Source of the DNA: Labilithrix sp.
Lineage (GTDB): Bacteria > Myxococcota_A > Polyangia > Polyangiales > Polyangiaceae
DNA length: 64,000 bases
Direction: 5' to 3'
NCBI GenBank assembly: GCA_026128965.1
Contig: JAHCIY010000002.1
Location: forward strand, 1,512,108 to 1,576,107
The position numbers and the translations under genes are program-made. The notes below the pieces were generated by a model. It did not search any database. It saw nothing but the letters and a program-made list of their open reading frames with translations, and was not told where the DNA came from. The number at the start of each line of letters is the position of its first letter. The stretch's first letter is position 1. Positions 9,305 through 19,212 of the stretch are shown here, one piece after another.

Positions 9305-10392
9305 GCGCGCCGCGCGTCCTGATCGTCGACGACGACGCGCGCGTCCTCGAGAGCCTCGGCCGCGTGCTCCGCGGATCGTTCGACGTGATCACGGCCTCGT
9401 CGGGCGCGGCCGGTCTCGAGGCGCTCGCGAAGGACCCCACCGTCGCGGCCGTCGTCTCGGACATGCGGATGCCGCTCATGAGCGGCGCCGCGTTCCTCGC
9501 GGAGGCGTGCGCGCTCCACCCCGACGCGACGCGCCTCCTCCTCACCGGCGAGTCCGACCTCGACGACGCGATCGCGGCGGTGAACCAGGGCCACATCTTC
9601 CGCTTCCTCCGCAAGCCGTGCGCGCCGGCCGACATGCGCGCCGCGCTCCTCGCCGCGGCGGAGCAGAACCGCCTCGTCCGCGCCGAGCGCGAGCTGCTCG
9701 AGCAGACCCTCCGCGGCGCGGTCCACGCCCTCACCGAGGCGCTCGCGATCACGTCGCCGACGGTCTTCGGCGCCGCGACGCGCGTGAAGCAGAACGCGTG
9801 CGCGATGGCGGCGAAGCTGGGCCTCGCGTCGACGTGGAAGCTCGAGATCGCGGCGATGCTCTGCCAGCTCGGCGCGCTCTCGCTCCCGGCGGGCGTGTAC
9901 GAGCGCCGCGCGCTGCGCGAGACGCTGGGCGTGGCGGAGGTGGCGATGCTGGAGCGGGTGCCGGTGCTGACGGAGCAGCTCCTCGCCCCGATCCCGCGCC
10001 TCGAGCCGATCGTCTCGATCATCCGCCACGCGCTCGCGGGCCCGTGCGTGTGCGAGCTCGAGGCCGACATCCTCCGCGCCGCCCTCGACTTCGAGGAGCA
10101 CGAGGAGATCGGCTCGACGAAGACCGCCCTCGCCGCGGTGCGCGGCATGGAAACGCGGCATCGCCCGGAGGTCGTCGACGCCCTCGCGGCGGTGTTCTTC
10201 GGCGCGGAGCGCGCGGAGGGCGAGATCTCGATCGCGGCGCTGAAGGAGGGCATGGTCATCGCCGCCGACGTCCGCACGACGACGGGCATCCTCGTCGTCG
10301 CCCGCGGCCACACGATCACGGAGGCGCTGGTGGAGCGCCTCCGCAACTACGTCCCGGTCCTCCCGAGCGGAACGGTGCGCGTCGCGGCGTAG
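9301..10392 (+). CDS. response regulator, REC + HDOD/HD-related non-catalytic output domain
   Basis: GTGA overlap with the upstream stop. REC: VLIVDDDARVLESL...VVSDMRMPLMSG. The C-terminal domain has no HD or GYP catalytic motifs. Confidence 0.75.
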   Translation: MSAPRVLIVDDDARVLESLGRVLRGSFDVITASSGAAGLEALAKDPTVAAVVSDMRMPLMSGAAFLAEACALHPDATRLLLTGESDLDDAIAAVNQGHIFRFLRKPCAPADMRAALLAAAEQNRLVRAERELLEQTLRGAVHALTEALAITSPTVFGAATRVKQNACAMAAKLGLASTWKLEIAAMLCQLGALSLPAGVYERRALRETLGVAEVAMLERVPVLTEQLLAPIPRLEPIVSIIRHALAGPCVCELEADILRAALDFEEHEEIGSTKTALAAVRGMETRHRPEVVDALAAVFFGAERAEGEISIAALKEGMVIAADVRTTTGILVVARGHTITEALVERLRNYVPVLPSGTVRVAA

Positions 10393-10396
10393 CCGC

Positions 10397-10801
10397 TTAG
10401 CGGAGCAGCTTCAGGCTCTCGTCCTCGCTGCCCGCGTAGGTCCCGTCGAGCCAGGCGTCGACGATCTCGTCGGCGACCGGCTCCGACAAGAGGCGGAGGC
10501 TCAGCGCGAGCACGTTGGCGTCGTTCCATTTCCGCGCGCCCGCGGCGGTGGCGGCGTCGGTGCACAGCGCCGCGCGCACGCCCGGCACCTTGTTCGCCGC
10601 GATCGACGCGCCGGTGCCGGTCCAGCAGCACACCACGCCTTGGTCGAACTCGCCCTTCGCGACGCGCTCGGCGACGCCCTTCGCCATCGCGCCCCAGGTC
10701 GTCACCGGCGCCACCGTCGCCTCGTGGCCCTTCTCGCGGAGCCGCGCCGCGAGGTGCGCCACCACCGGGCGGTCCTCGTCACTGCCGATCAAGAATCGCA
10801 T
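10397..10801 (-). CDS. rpiB: ribose-5-phosphate isomerase B (RpiB/LacA family)
   Basis: MRFLIGSDEDRPVVAHL...GVVCCWTGTGASIAANKVPGVRAAL is the typical RpiB core. Confidence 0.85.
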   Translation of the reverse strand: MRFLIGSDEDRPVVAHLAARLREKGHEATVAPVTTWGAMAKGVAERVAKGEFDQGVVCCWTGTGASIAANKVPGVRAALCTDAATAAGARKWNDANVLALSLRLLSEPVADEIVDAWLDGTYAGSEDESLKLLR

Positions 10802-10810
10802 CTATCCCCT

Positions 10811-11935
10811 CTATCCTCCGGCGGAGAGCCGCGCGCGCCAGTCGGACGGCAAATCCAAGAAGCCGTCGTTGTAGAGCATGTCGTAGACGGCGTCGCACAC
10901 GACCTCGCAGACCTCGCTGAAGATGACAGGGTCGGCGATGAAGCGGATCGTCTCGGAGCGGAACTGGCTGCTCTGCAGGCGCACGCGCGAGAGCATCTCC
11001 TCTTCCACGAACGGGACGAGGCGGCGCATGAAATGGCGCTCGAAGGCGACGCGGAAGACGGGGAACGTCGTCGCGCTGATCTTGTATCCGCCGGTCGTGC
11101 CGCGGTCGGCGAGGGAGGCCGCTTTGACCACGTCGAGCGAGAGGAAAAAGAGGTTCGGCGGTAGCTCGCGCGTGAAGAAGGTGGAGAGGACCTCGTTCAG
11201 ATAGCTGATCAGCGTATTGAGCTCCGGCGTCGTGCGGGCGAGGAAATCGTTCCGGAGCTGTTTCAGTAATTCATAATATTTGGTGGCGGCCTTCTCGCGG
11301 ACGTCGTTCTCCGGGTCGAACGCGAAGCCGTCGAGCGCGGCGAAGATGGTCGGCTCCGCGTGCTGGAGCGCGTGGAAGAGCGCCTGCTCGTAGAAGCGCA
11401 TCGTCTTCAGCTCGTCCTGCGAGCCGCGGATCTTCTCCGCGAGCTCGCTCTCGAAGAAGACGCGCGCGAAGCGCTTCGCGACCTCGCCGAGCTTCCGCTC
11501 GATCATCGTCGCGAGGCGGTCGGGGCGGAAGATGCGCCCGAGCATGTCGGCGAGGCCCTGGATGAGGTCGTGCTCCAGCTGCGCGCGGTCGAGGACCGGC
11601 GCCGGCCGCGCGTTCGGCGTGACCGACTGGGCGTACTTCACCGCCGTCTGCAGCCCCTGGAGCTCGTGCACCACCTGCGCCGTGATCGCGTCGAGATCGG
11701 GGTTCGTCTCGAGCTCGGCGCGGTAGTGGATGACCTGCGCCTCGAGCTGCTCGTCGCGGAGCGCGAGCGCGATCTCGGCGAGCGACAGCTTGGCCGCGGC
11801 CGTCATGTACCCGGCCGAGTTCGGCATCGGGTTCGAGACGGGCATCGACTCCGACGGCCGCGGCTCGGGCGGCCGCGGCTCGGACATGGGGACGCGATCG
11901 GAGCTCGGTCCCTCGCGCTCGTCCTGTTCCGCCAT
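10811..11935 (-). CDS. hypothetical protein (Pro-rich N-terminus, alpha-helical)
   Basis: Long ORF with coding-like composition and no recognisable domain. Adjacent to rpiB on the same strand. Confidence 0.55.
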   Translation of the reverse strand: MAEQDEREGPSSDRVPMSEPRPPEPRPSESMPVSNPMPNSAGYMTAAAKLSLAEIALALRDEQLEAQVIHYRAELETNPDLDAITAQVVHELQGLQTAVKYAQSVTPNARPAPVLDRAQLEHDLIQGLADMLGRIFRPDRLATMIERKLGEVAKRFARVFFESELAEKIRGSQDELKTMRFYEQALFHALQHAEPTIFAALDGFAFDPENDVREKAATKYYELLKQLRNDFLARTTPELNTLISYLNEVLSTFFTRELPPNLFFLSLDVVKAASLADRGTTGGYKISATTFPVFRVAFERHFMRRLVPFVEEEMLSRVRLQSSQFRSETIRFIADPVIFSEVCEVVCDAVYDMLYNDGFLDLPSDWRARLSAGG

Positions 11936-11969
11936 CGCTAGGCGGGATGATACCTCGTTTGGCCTCCAT

Positions 11970-13703
11970 TTAGCCGTAGCGGTTCGTGAAGCGCATCGCC
12001 TCGGAGTAGGCGAAGAGGTCCTCCTGGATCCCGGCGCGGAGGCGCTCCTGCTGCTCGCGCCAGAAGTCGGCCCGCGCGAGGTCGGGGTGGAGCTCGGTGA
12101 ACGTGTCGCGCTGCGGCCCCGGCGGGAACAGGAACGTCGGGAACTGCTCGGGAAACACGTCCCCCTTCTCGACGTTGAACCACGGCTCGCTGCTCATCTC
12201 GTCGTCGTGGTCGCGCGCCTTCGGGAGGGTGCGGAACCGACACTCGCTCATCGTCACGAGCTCGTCATAATCGTAGAACACGATCCGGCCGAACCGCGTC
12301 AGCCCGAAGTTCTTGAGGAGGAGGTCGCCGGGGAAGATGTCCGCCGCCGCGAGCTCCTTCAGCGCGCGCCCGTACTCGTCGATCGCCGCGCGCTGCTTTC
12401 TGGGGTCCTGGTTCTTCGGGTCCTTCAGGTACACGTCGAGCGGCACGAGCCGTCGCTCGACGTAGAGGTGGCGGATGACGAGCTTGTCGCCGTCGCGCTC
12501 GAGGAGCGACGGCGCGAGCTCCTCGAGCTCGGCGACGAGGCTCGGATCCATCCGGTCGAACGGGAAGGCGACGTGGGTGTACTCGAGCGTGTCGCTCATG
12601 CGGCCGACGCGGTCGGCGAGCTTCACGAACTTGTACCGCTCCTCGACGCTCTTCCGGTCGGTGTCCTTCGGCGGCACGAACCAGTCGCGGATGATCTTGA
12701 AGACGTACGGGTACGACGGCAGCGTGAAGACGACCATGACCATGCCCTTCGTCCCCTCGGCGAGCACGAACGTGTCGGTCGAGTGGCGGAGGTGGTGCTG
12801 GAGGTCACGGAAGAAGAGCGTCTTGCCCTGCTTGCCGAGCCCCACCATCGTGAAGAGCTCCGCCTTCGACTTCGCCGGCGCGACGGTCTGGAGGAACTCC
12901 ACGTAGGCCGACGGTACTTCCATATCGACGAAGAAATACGATCTGCCCAAGCTGAATATCCGCCCGATGTTCTTCTCGTCGAGCAAGAAGGCGTCGAGCT
13001 CGGCTTTTCCGTCGTCGTCGTGCCGAATGGGAATGATGAAAGGGGTAATCACGCCCCCGTTCACCACCCGCCCGATCGCGAACGCGGCTTTGTTGCGGAA
13101 GAACAGCGACCGCAACATCTGGATCTGGAAGTTCGGCCGCCGCTCGAACCCCTTCGGGAAGTGGTCCGCGACCGCGCGCTGGACGTAGGCGAGGTCCCGG
13201 TCGAGGTCGGCGAAGGGCGTCGTGAGCTGGAAATCGAGGAGCGCCTGCTTCAGCGTCTCCTTCAGGTCCGTGTCGTGCGGGTAGTAGCAGCGGTAGGTCG
13301 GCTCGGTCCCCTCGAGGTGCTCGGTCGACGTCGCGGGCCGCGAGAAGATGTAGTCGTTCCGGTAGTACCGCCGGTCGAGGATGCGCCGCGCGACGGAGTT
13401 GAAGAACGTCTCGGCGCACTCGGGCTGGTAGTGGTCGTGGAGCAGTCCGATGTACGCGCGCTTGATCGCGGGCCACAGCGCCTCTTCGATCACGGCGCCC
13501 TCGAGCGCGACGTGGATCGCGTCCACGCCCTCGCGGACGCGCTGATCGTACATGTCGATGCGCGTCCGTGACGCCTCGCGGACCTCGGCCCAGTCCTGCC
13601 GCTCCCAGCGCTCCTTCGCGCGCGCGCTCGTGGCGCGGAAGAGCCGGTAGTGGCGGTCGAACCCATCCAGGATCGTGCGAGCAATCGAGACCGCGTCGGG
13701 CAT
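11970..13703 (-). CDS. aceK: bifunctional isocitrate dehydrogenase kinase/phosphatase AceK
   Basis: The N-terminus IARTILDGFDRHYRLFRATSARAKERWERQDWAEVREASRTRIDMYDQRV aligns with the E. coli AceK N-terminus. The length is about 577 aa. Confidence 0.9.
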   Translation of the reverse strand: MPDAVSIARTILDGFDRHYRLFRATSARAKERWERQDWAEVREASRTRIDMYDQRVREGVDAIHVALEGAVIEEALWPAIKRAYIGLLHDHYQPECAETFFNSVARRILDRRYYRNDYIFSRPATSTEHLEGTEPTYRCYYPHDTDLKETLKQALLDFQLTTPFADLDRDLAYVQRAVADHFPKGFERRPNFQIQMLRSLFFRNKAAFAIGRVVNGGVITPFIIPIRHDDDGKAELDAFLLDEKNIGRIFSLGRSYFFVDMEVPSAYVEFLQTVAPAKSKAELFTMVGLGKQGKTLFFRDLQHHLRHSTDTFVLAEGTKGMVMVVFTLPSYPYVFKIIRDWFVPPKDTDRKSVEERYKFVKLADRVGRMSDTLEYTHVAFPFDRMDPSLVAELEELAPSLLERDGDKLVIRHLYVERRLVPLDVYLKDPKNQDPRKQRAAIDEYGRALKELAAADIFPGDLLLKNFGLTRFGRIVFYDYDELVTMSECRFRTLPKARDHDDEMSSEPWFNVEKGDVFPEQFPTFLFPPGPQRDTFTELHPDLARADFWREQQERLRAGIQEDLFAYSEAMRFTNRYG

Positions 13704-13752
13704 TGCCGCCCCACTCTACACCGTCGGCTCACGGCGCCGGCACAAATATACC

Positions 13753-13783
13753 TTGACGAGTACATACCTTTCAGAGCATATAA
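13753..13783 (+). promoter_or_regulatory. sigma70-like promoter for the arsR-SRPBCC operon (-35 TTGACG, -10 TATAAT)
   Basis: TTGACG, then a 19-bp spacer, then CATATAAT, ending 6 bp before the ATG at 13789. Lies in the divergent aceK/arsR intergenic region. Confidence 0.5.
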
Positions 13784-13788
13784 TCCTC

Positions 13789-14142
13789 ATGCTTCAGACG
13801 ACGCTCGCGGCGCTCGCGGAGCCGAACCGTTTCCGCATCGTCGAGCTGCTCCGCACGGGGCCGCGCGCGGTGAGCGAGATCACCGAGGGCCTGTCGCTCT
13901 ATCAGGTGCAGGTCTCGAAGCACCTCCGCGTGCTCAAGGAGGCGGGGCTGGTCGAGGTGCAGCCGCGCGCGCAGCAGCGCGTCTACACGCTGCGCTCGGA
14001 GCCGCTGCTCGAGCTCCACGGATGGTTGGAACGATACCGGCAGCTCTGGGAAGCACGCTTCGAAGAGATGGACGAGCTCCTCGAGGAGCTCAGGAAGAAG
14101 AAGGAGACGAGCCATGGCCGAAAAACCAAGCGCAAAGACTGA
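13789..14142 (+). CDS. ArsR/SmtB family transcriptional regulator
   Basis: LAEPNRFRIVELLRTGPRAVSEITEGLSLYQVQVSKHLRVLKEAGLV is an HTH_20 signature. Confidence 0.85.
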   Translation: MLQTTLAALAEPNRFRIVELLRTGPRAVSEITEGLSLYQVQVSKHLRVLKEAGLVEVQPRAQQRVYTLRSEPLLELHGWLERYRQLWEARFEEMDELLEELRKKKETSHGRKTKRKD

Positions 14143-14620
14143 CACCAAGGTGGAGCTCCGCGGCGATCGCGAGATCGTCATCGAGCGCACCTTCCGCGCG
14201 CCGCCGCGCGTCGTGTTCGAGGCGTGGACGAACCCCGACTTCGTGCGCCGCTGGTGGGCGCCGAAGTCGATGGGCGCGGAGATGAGCGAGGTCCGCGCCG
14301 ACGTGCGCGCCGGCGGCACCTACCGCTACGTGACGCGCGCCGGCGATCAGGAGCTCGCGTTCTCGGGCACGTACAGCGAGGTGACGCCGCCGAGCCGCCT
14401 CGTCTACACGATGTTCTTCGAGCCGATGAAGGACGCGGGCGCGTCCGTCGTCACGGTGACCTTCGAGGCGCGCGGCGAGCACACGCACGTCGTGTCGCAC
14501 GAGGTCTACCCCTCCGCCGAGGCGCGCCAGGCCGCGGTCGCGTCGGGGATGGAGGACGGCCTCCGCGTCACGTACGACCAGCTCGACGAGCTCGTCGTCG
14601 AAATGCACACCACGCGCTGA
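14114..14620 (+). CDS. SRPBCC family protein (AHSA1/activator of Hsp90 ATPase homolog-like)
   Basis: IVIERTFRAPPRVVFEAWTNPDFVRRWW is the SRPBCC signature. Overlaps the arsR 3' end by 29 bp, which is the classic ArsR-AHSA1 pairing. Confidence 0.8.
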   Translation: MAEKPSAKTDTKVELRGDREIVIERTFRAPPRVVFEAWTNPDFVRRWWAPKSMGAEMSEVRADVRAGGTYRYVTRAGDQELAFSGTYSEVTPPSRLVYTMFFEPMKDAGASVVTVTFEARGEHTHVVSHEVYPSAEARQAAVASGMEDGLRVTYDQLDELVVEMHTTR

Positions 14621-14660
14621 CGTCGTTCACGAGCTCGTCATGAGCTCGTCGACGAGCTCG

Positions 14661-16259
14661 TCACGAGCTCGTCGCGGGCACGTCGAGGCGCGGCGGCGTC
14701 TTGCCGAGCTTGGCGATGCGCGACCAGTCGAGGTGCACGCGCCCGCCGCTCGCGACGTGTTGCTTCTCCCACGCGGCGAGCGCCTCGTAGCAGGCGTGGT
14801 CGATGTGGTTCACGGCGTCGACGTACACGTGCACCTCGTGACCGGCGGGGATCTTCGCGAGCGTCGACGCGAGGGCGGGGAGGCGCAGGAACGTCGCCGA
14901 CCCTTCGAGCACGAGCACGGAGCGCTTCATCTCCGCGTCGTGCTCGAGGCGGACGCGGAGCTGCGTCAGCATCCACAGCACCTTGCCGAGCGCGAGGACG
15001 AGGCCGGTGAGGACGCCTTTCAGGAGGTCGGTCGACACGATCATCGCGACGGTGACGAAGAAGATGGCGACGTCGAAGCGCCCGCCGCGCGCGAGGATCG
15101 TGCGCACGTCCTGACGAACGAGCTTCGCGCCCGTGTACACGAGGAGGGCCGCGAGCGCCGACACGGGGACGAGTCGCAAGACGAACGGCACCGCCGCGAT
15201 GGCGGCGAGGAGCCACGCGCCGTGCATGATCGCGGAGAGCCGCGTCGTCGCGCCGGCCTGGATGTTGGCGCTGCTGCGGACGATGACGCCGGTCATCGGC
15301 AGCCCGCCGACGAGCCCGGCGAGGGTGTTGCCGATCCCTTGCGCGAGCATCTCGCGGTCGTATTTCGTGCGCGGCCCTTCGTGCATCCGATCGGTCGCCG
15401 TCGCGCAGAGCAACGTCTCCGTGCTCGCCACGAACGCGAGCGCGAGCGCGGCGCCGAGGACACGCGCGTCGAGGAGCACCGCGAACGTCGGCGCGGTGGG
15501 GATCTGCACGTTGGCGACGAGCCCATCCGGCATGTCCACGTGCGCGATCGGCGCGTGCACGACGTTGGCGACGACGGTGGCGAGGAGGATCCCGACGAGC
15601 GTGCCCGGAATGATCTTCGCGCGCGGCAGCCACCTCGCCGTGACCGCGTTCCACCCGAGGATCGTCACGAGCGTGAGCGAGCCGATGAGCGCCGCGTCGT
15701 CATGCGGCAACCCAGCGTGCGGGATCACGCCCTTCCAGACGGCGCCGGGGATCCCGGCGAGGTTGGCGAGCCCGCCCCCACGCGGCGCGTCGTCCACCAT
15801 CACGTGAAACTGGCTCGCGAAGATCAGCACGCCGATGCCACACAGCATCCCGAGCACGACCGCATGCGGCACGGCCTGAAACCACCGCCCGAGCCTCGCC
15901 ACACCTGCAACGATCTGCACCACACCAGCGACGACGACGATCGGCCCCAGTGCCGCGAACCCATGCGTCTGCACGAGATCCCAGACGATGACCGCGAGCC
16001 CAGCCGCGGGCCCACTCACCTGCAACGGCGCGCCCCCGATGAATCCGACGACGAGCCCCCCGATCACACCGGTGAGCAACCCAGCCGCGGGCGGCGCCCC
16101 CGACGCGATCGCGATCCCCAAACAGAGCGGCAACGCGACGAGAAACACGACGATCGAGGCAAGGAGGTCACGCACGATCGCCGCGCGCGCCCCGCCATGT
16201 TCGTCGTGATTCGCAGCGTTCATGATGTCGCAATCAGCAACGCGCGTGCCGCCATGCAT
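14661..16259 (-). CDS. SulP family inorganic anion transporter with C-terminal STAS domain
   Basis: Multiple TM segments. SulP motifs (GLVVGFIGGAPLQVSGPAAG). C-terminal STAS domain. The start may be the internal MNAANHDEH. Confidence 0.85.
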   Translation of the reverse strand: MHGGTRVADCDIMNAANHDEHGGARAAIVRDLLASIVVFLVALPLCLGIAIASGAPPAAGLLTGVIGGLVVGFIGGAPLQVSGPAAGLAVIVWDLVQTHGFAALGPIVVVAGVVQIVAGVARLGRWFQAVPHAVVLGMLCGIGVLIFASQFHVMVDDAPRGGGLANLAGIPGAVWKGVIPHAGLPHDDAALIGSLTLVTILGWNAVTARWLPRAKIIPGTLVGILLATVVANVVHAPIAHVDMPDGLVANVQIPTAPTFAVLLDARVLGAALALAFVASTETLLCATATDRMHEGPRTKYDREMLAQGIGNTLAGLVGGLPMTGVIVRSSANIQAGATTRLSAIMHGAWLLAAIAAVPFVLRLVPVSALAALLVYTGAKLVRQDVRTILARGGRFDVAIFFVTVAMIVSTDLLKGVLTGLVLALGKVLWMLTQLRVRLEHDAEMKRSVLVLEGSATFLRLPALASTLAKIPAGHEVHVYVDAVNHIDHACYEALAAWEKQHVASGGRVHLDWSRIAKLGKTPPRLDVPATSS

Positions 16260-16649
16260 CGGCCGAGCTCACGCCACACGAACCAGTCCCGTTCGGCTCG
16301 TCAAACGCGCCGCGCGCGCGAGCAGGCAGGAGCGTTGGTGAGGAGCGCAACGTCGATCGCGTCTTGGCCGCCATCGCGCGCGGTCCGCTCGAAGAGCCGA
16401 GCTCTGCTCCACGAGGAGGAGCGCGGCTCACGGCGCCGAGGTGCTCCAGCGATCAGCGTTCGTCCGTGCCTTCACCGAGGAGCCCGTACGCCAGCTACGT
16501 GAAGCATCCCAAGCACCAACCCCTCCGCGAAGCGCCCGCGCCCTACGCGAACCGCGCGAAGATCCGCACCGAACCACAGCCGCGCGAAGGGTGTTGACCT
16601 CCGTCACGCCGCGCATTACTACGACATCGTTCCGTTTCGACGGACGTGA

Positions 16650-16723
<74 letters not shown>

Positions 16724-16772
16724 CTGATAGCCGTACCACGACCCAGCCCTCGGCCCTCCGCCGGGGGCTTCG

Positions 16773-18039
16773 TCATTTCGGCGAGCGCGACGAGCGGGAG
16801 GAAGGTTGCCTCCGCGACGTAGACGCCGTCGTCTCCGGGGGTGAGCAGGATTCGTCCGCCTTCGAACATCCGGCGTAGAGCCTCGCGGGCGCGGAGGGGG
16901 TCCGCGGCGAGCACGGCGTCGAGGTCCTTCGCGCGTTCGAGGACGCGGTCGGGGTCGGGAGGTCCACGGGAGCGTTCATCCGGTCCTTGATGTTCTGAAT
17001 CGCCGTGCGTTCCGTGAGAGCTTGTGCCTCAAGGTCCCGAAGGGCGTCGCGGACCGAACTGGAATGGTCGCCGTCGGCGATGAAGGTGACGAGCCCGCGT
17101 ATGCGTTGCTCCGTCCGGGCGAGGCGGTCGAGCCTCTCCTTCATCTCGTGCTGTGCGAGCCGCGCGGCCTCACCGAGGTGCTCTGCAATGCGCTTGCGAA
17201 GGTGGGCCACCGCAGCCGGTGTGAAGACGGCTTCACGAAGCGCGCCATAGATGCGGGCGCGGACGAGGTCCTCTCGTACCGACAGGGCGTTCTTGCAGAC
17301 GCCCCGCTTCTTCGAGTCCCCGCAGCGATAGTACGAAGTTCGCGGTCCGACCGCCTTGCCGTCGACCTCCGCTCGGGAGCCGCCGGAGATGACCATCGGC
17401 GAGTGGCACGCTGCGCAGATGAGGAGTCCGGAGAGAGGGTAGGCCGTGCGGGCGCCGGGCGCAGACCGCGTCATCCGCTTTACCGTGTATCGACTCCGTA
17501 CTTCGGCGAGACGGGTCCGGACTCTTGTCGGGGACGCTGCAGTATCCAAGCGGGAGCCCGCCGGTCGAGTAGCCGGCGTTGAACTGACTCTCAAGCCCGC
17601 GCAGAGTCTTGTCGCGAAGAGCGTCGAGATAGAGGTCGGCGACCAGGCTCGACATCGTGAACGTCAGCTTGGCCGTCTTCAGTCCCGTGTTGACGCCATC
17701 GGCGACGCCTATGAGGGCGACGTCGAGGTACTGGAGGCGCTTGAAGATGAACGCCGCGTCGGCGAAGTCTCGCGACACGCGCGACATGTCCTCGACGAGA
17801 ATGACGTCGACCCGCTTCTCTTCGACGGCCTTCATCAGCCGCTCGAACCCCGGGCGTTGGAGGCTAGCGGCGCTGACGGCCTCGTCCTTGAAGATGAGCG
17901 CGGGAATCACCTCGGCTCCCGACGCTCGCGCCGCTTCCACGCACCGTCGTACTTGGTCATCGGTTGACCGTTCGTTCTGCAGGGCCGACGAGTGCCGTGC
18001 ATAGACGGCGATTTGCTTGCCGGCAAGGGTACTAGTCAT
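16773..18039 (-). pseudogene. large serine recombinase, disrupted by a frameshift and an internal deletion
   Basis: The resolvase domain (KQIAVYARHSS...VDVILVEDMSRVSR) plus GGLPLGY lie in the frame of ORF 17233..18162. The zinc ribbon (YPLSGLLICAACHSPM) and coiled coil lie in the frame of ORF 16773..17594. Only about 25 codons separate GY from the zinc ribbon where about 90 aa of recombinase domain are expected. Confidence 0.65.
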
Positions 18040-18685
18040 CGCGTACACCGGGTACGTCAGCATGACGAGCATCTCGGACGTCGGTCGTGGTCGAGGTCCG
18101 GCACCAGCCGAGCGCTTCACCGCCGAGACGCACATCGCGCCGACGCAGGTGGGCAAGGGCATCGCGGGTCCTCTCTCCGATGGCCTCGCGCTCCCACTGC
18201 GCCACCGACCCGATGATGTGGAGCACGAGACGTCCCGAGGCGGTACGGGTGTCGATGGAGTCGCCGAGGGAGAGTAGGGAGTGGCGCCGGGAGAAGTACC
18301 GCTCGACGAGGTCGCCGAGGTCGCGGACGCTGCGGGTTAGGCGGTCGAGTTTCACGACGAGAAGTCCGTCGGCTTCGTCGGCGTCGAGGCGCCCGAGGGC
18401 GCGGAGCAGTCCGGGTCGGCCCACCACCGTCTTCGCGGAGATGCCCGCGTCCTCCTCAATGGTGACGAGGTCGAGGTCCATCGCCTCTGCGTAGGCGGTG
18501 AGCTTGGCCCTCTGTGCTTCGAGGGAGGTGCCGGCGTCCGCCTGACCGTCCGTGCTGACCCGGATGTACCCGACCACGCGTGTTCCCAAGGCGTCACCTC
18601 CTTGCGAAGGGGTACCCCGGGGTGGTCCTCGTTTTCGAGATGGGCATCTCGTAAACGGCAAGTACCCCATTCCGATGGCTTCCAC
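18032..18685 (-). CDS. small serine recombinase, catalytic domain only (C-terminal HTH missing)
   Basis: VVGYIRVSTDGQ...LLVVKLDRLTRS...GSVAQWEREAIGERT is a resolvase/invertase catalytic domain. It has no DNA-binding HTH. It ends 7 bp inside the next recombinase gene. The true start is likely the GTG at 18577. Confidence 0.55.
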   Translation of the reverse strand: MEAIGMGYLPFTRCPSRKRGPPRGTPSQGGDALGTRVVGYIRVSTDGQADAGTSLEAQRAKLTAYAEAMDLDLVTIEEDAGISAKTVVGRPGLLRALGRLDADEADGLLVVKLDRLTRSVRDLGDLVERYFSRRHSLLSLGDSIDTRTASGRLVLHIIGSVAQWEREAIGERTRDALAHLRRRDVRLGGEALGWCRTSTTTDVRDARHADVPGVRDD

Positions 18686-18738
18686 TTGGCTGCGCCAGGC
18701 GGCTTGACATCCATCCAGGTCGCCATCATCATTCTTGG

Positions 18739-19212
18739 ATGACAGTTCGTCTTTCGGTCTTGCGACGCGGAACTCAGGTCGAGATTGAGGGGCCCGAGGC
18801 CTTCGTAACGAGCACTTTCGAGAGCTTGAGGGACCTGTTCGACAAGCCGAATGTTAAGGATGATAGCGCGGATGAACCGCCCACCAACGATGGCGAAAAG
18901 GCTGGCGAGGAAGGTTCGAGGGTGTCGCTCAAGACGTTCCTTGAGCAGAAGAAGCCTCAAAACTCCTACGAGGCCATCGCGTGCGTTCTCTATCACCACC
19001 AAAAGTTCCGCGAGCAGAGCGAACTGAACTCTGACGAGATACGGAAGGCGCTCCTCCAAGGCCGCGTGAAGCCGCCGGGGAACATGACGCAGACGCTTAC
19101 AGACTGCCGTCGCCGCTACGCGTACATCGAGCCTGGGACGAAGAAGGGACTCTGGAAGTTGAGCCACGACGGAGAGGTGACGGTCGACCTGGACCTGCCG
19201 CGCGAAAAATGA
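18739..19212 (+). CDS. hypothetical protein with a winged-helix-like domain shared with the two downstream proteins (cassette gene A)
   Basis: Low-GC gene with an ATGA overlap to the next gene. The region SLKTFLEQKKPQNSYEAIACVLYHH...KKGLWKLSHDGE aligns with 20391..21020 and with the N-terminus of 19209..20336. Confidence 0.6.
   Translation: MTVRLSVLRRGTQVEIEGPEAFVTSTFESLRDLFDKPNVKDDSADEPPTNDGEKAGEEGSRVSLKTFLEQKKPQNSYEAIACVLYHHQKFREQSELNSDEIRKALLQGRVKPPGNMTQTLTDCRRRYAYIEPGTKKGLWKLSHDGEVTVDLDLPREK

Noticed and set aside
16260-16649. ORFs 16364..16597 and 16441..16878 overlapping the tRNA and its upstream region
   Set aside because: The second reads straight through the tRNA-fMet gene, and both are Pro/Arg-rich. 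This region is tRNA promoter and leader, not coding.
18032-18685. Possibility that the truncated resolvase and the large serine recombinase are one gene
   Set aside because: Both carry their own complete catalytic Ser domain (YIRVSTDGQ and VYARHSS), so they are two paralogous recombinase genes in tandem rather than one split gene.
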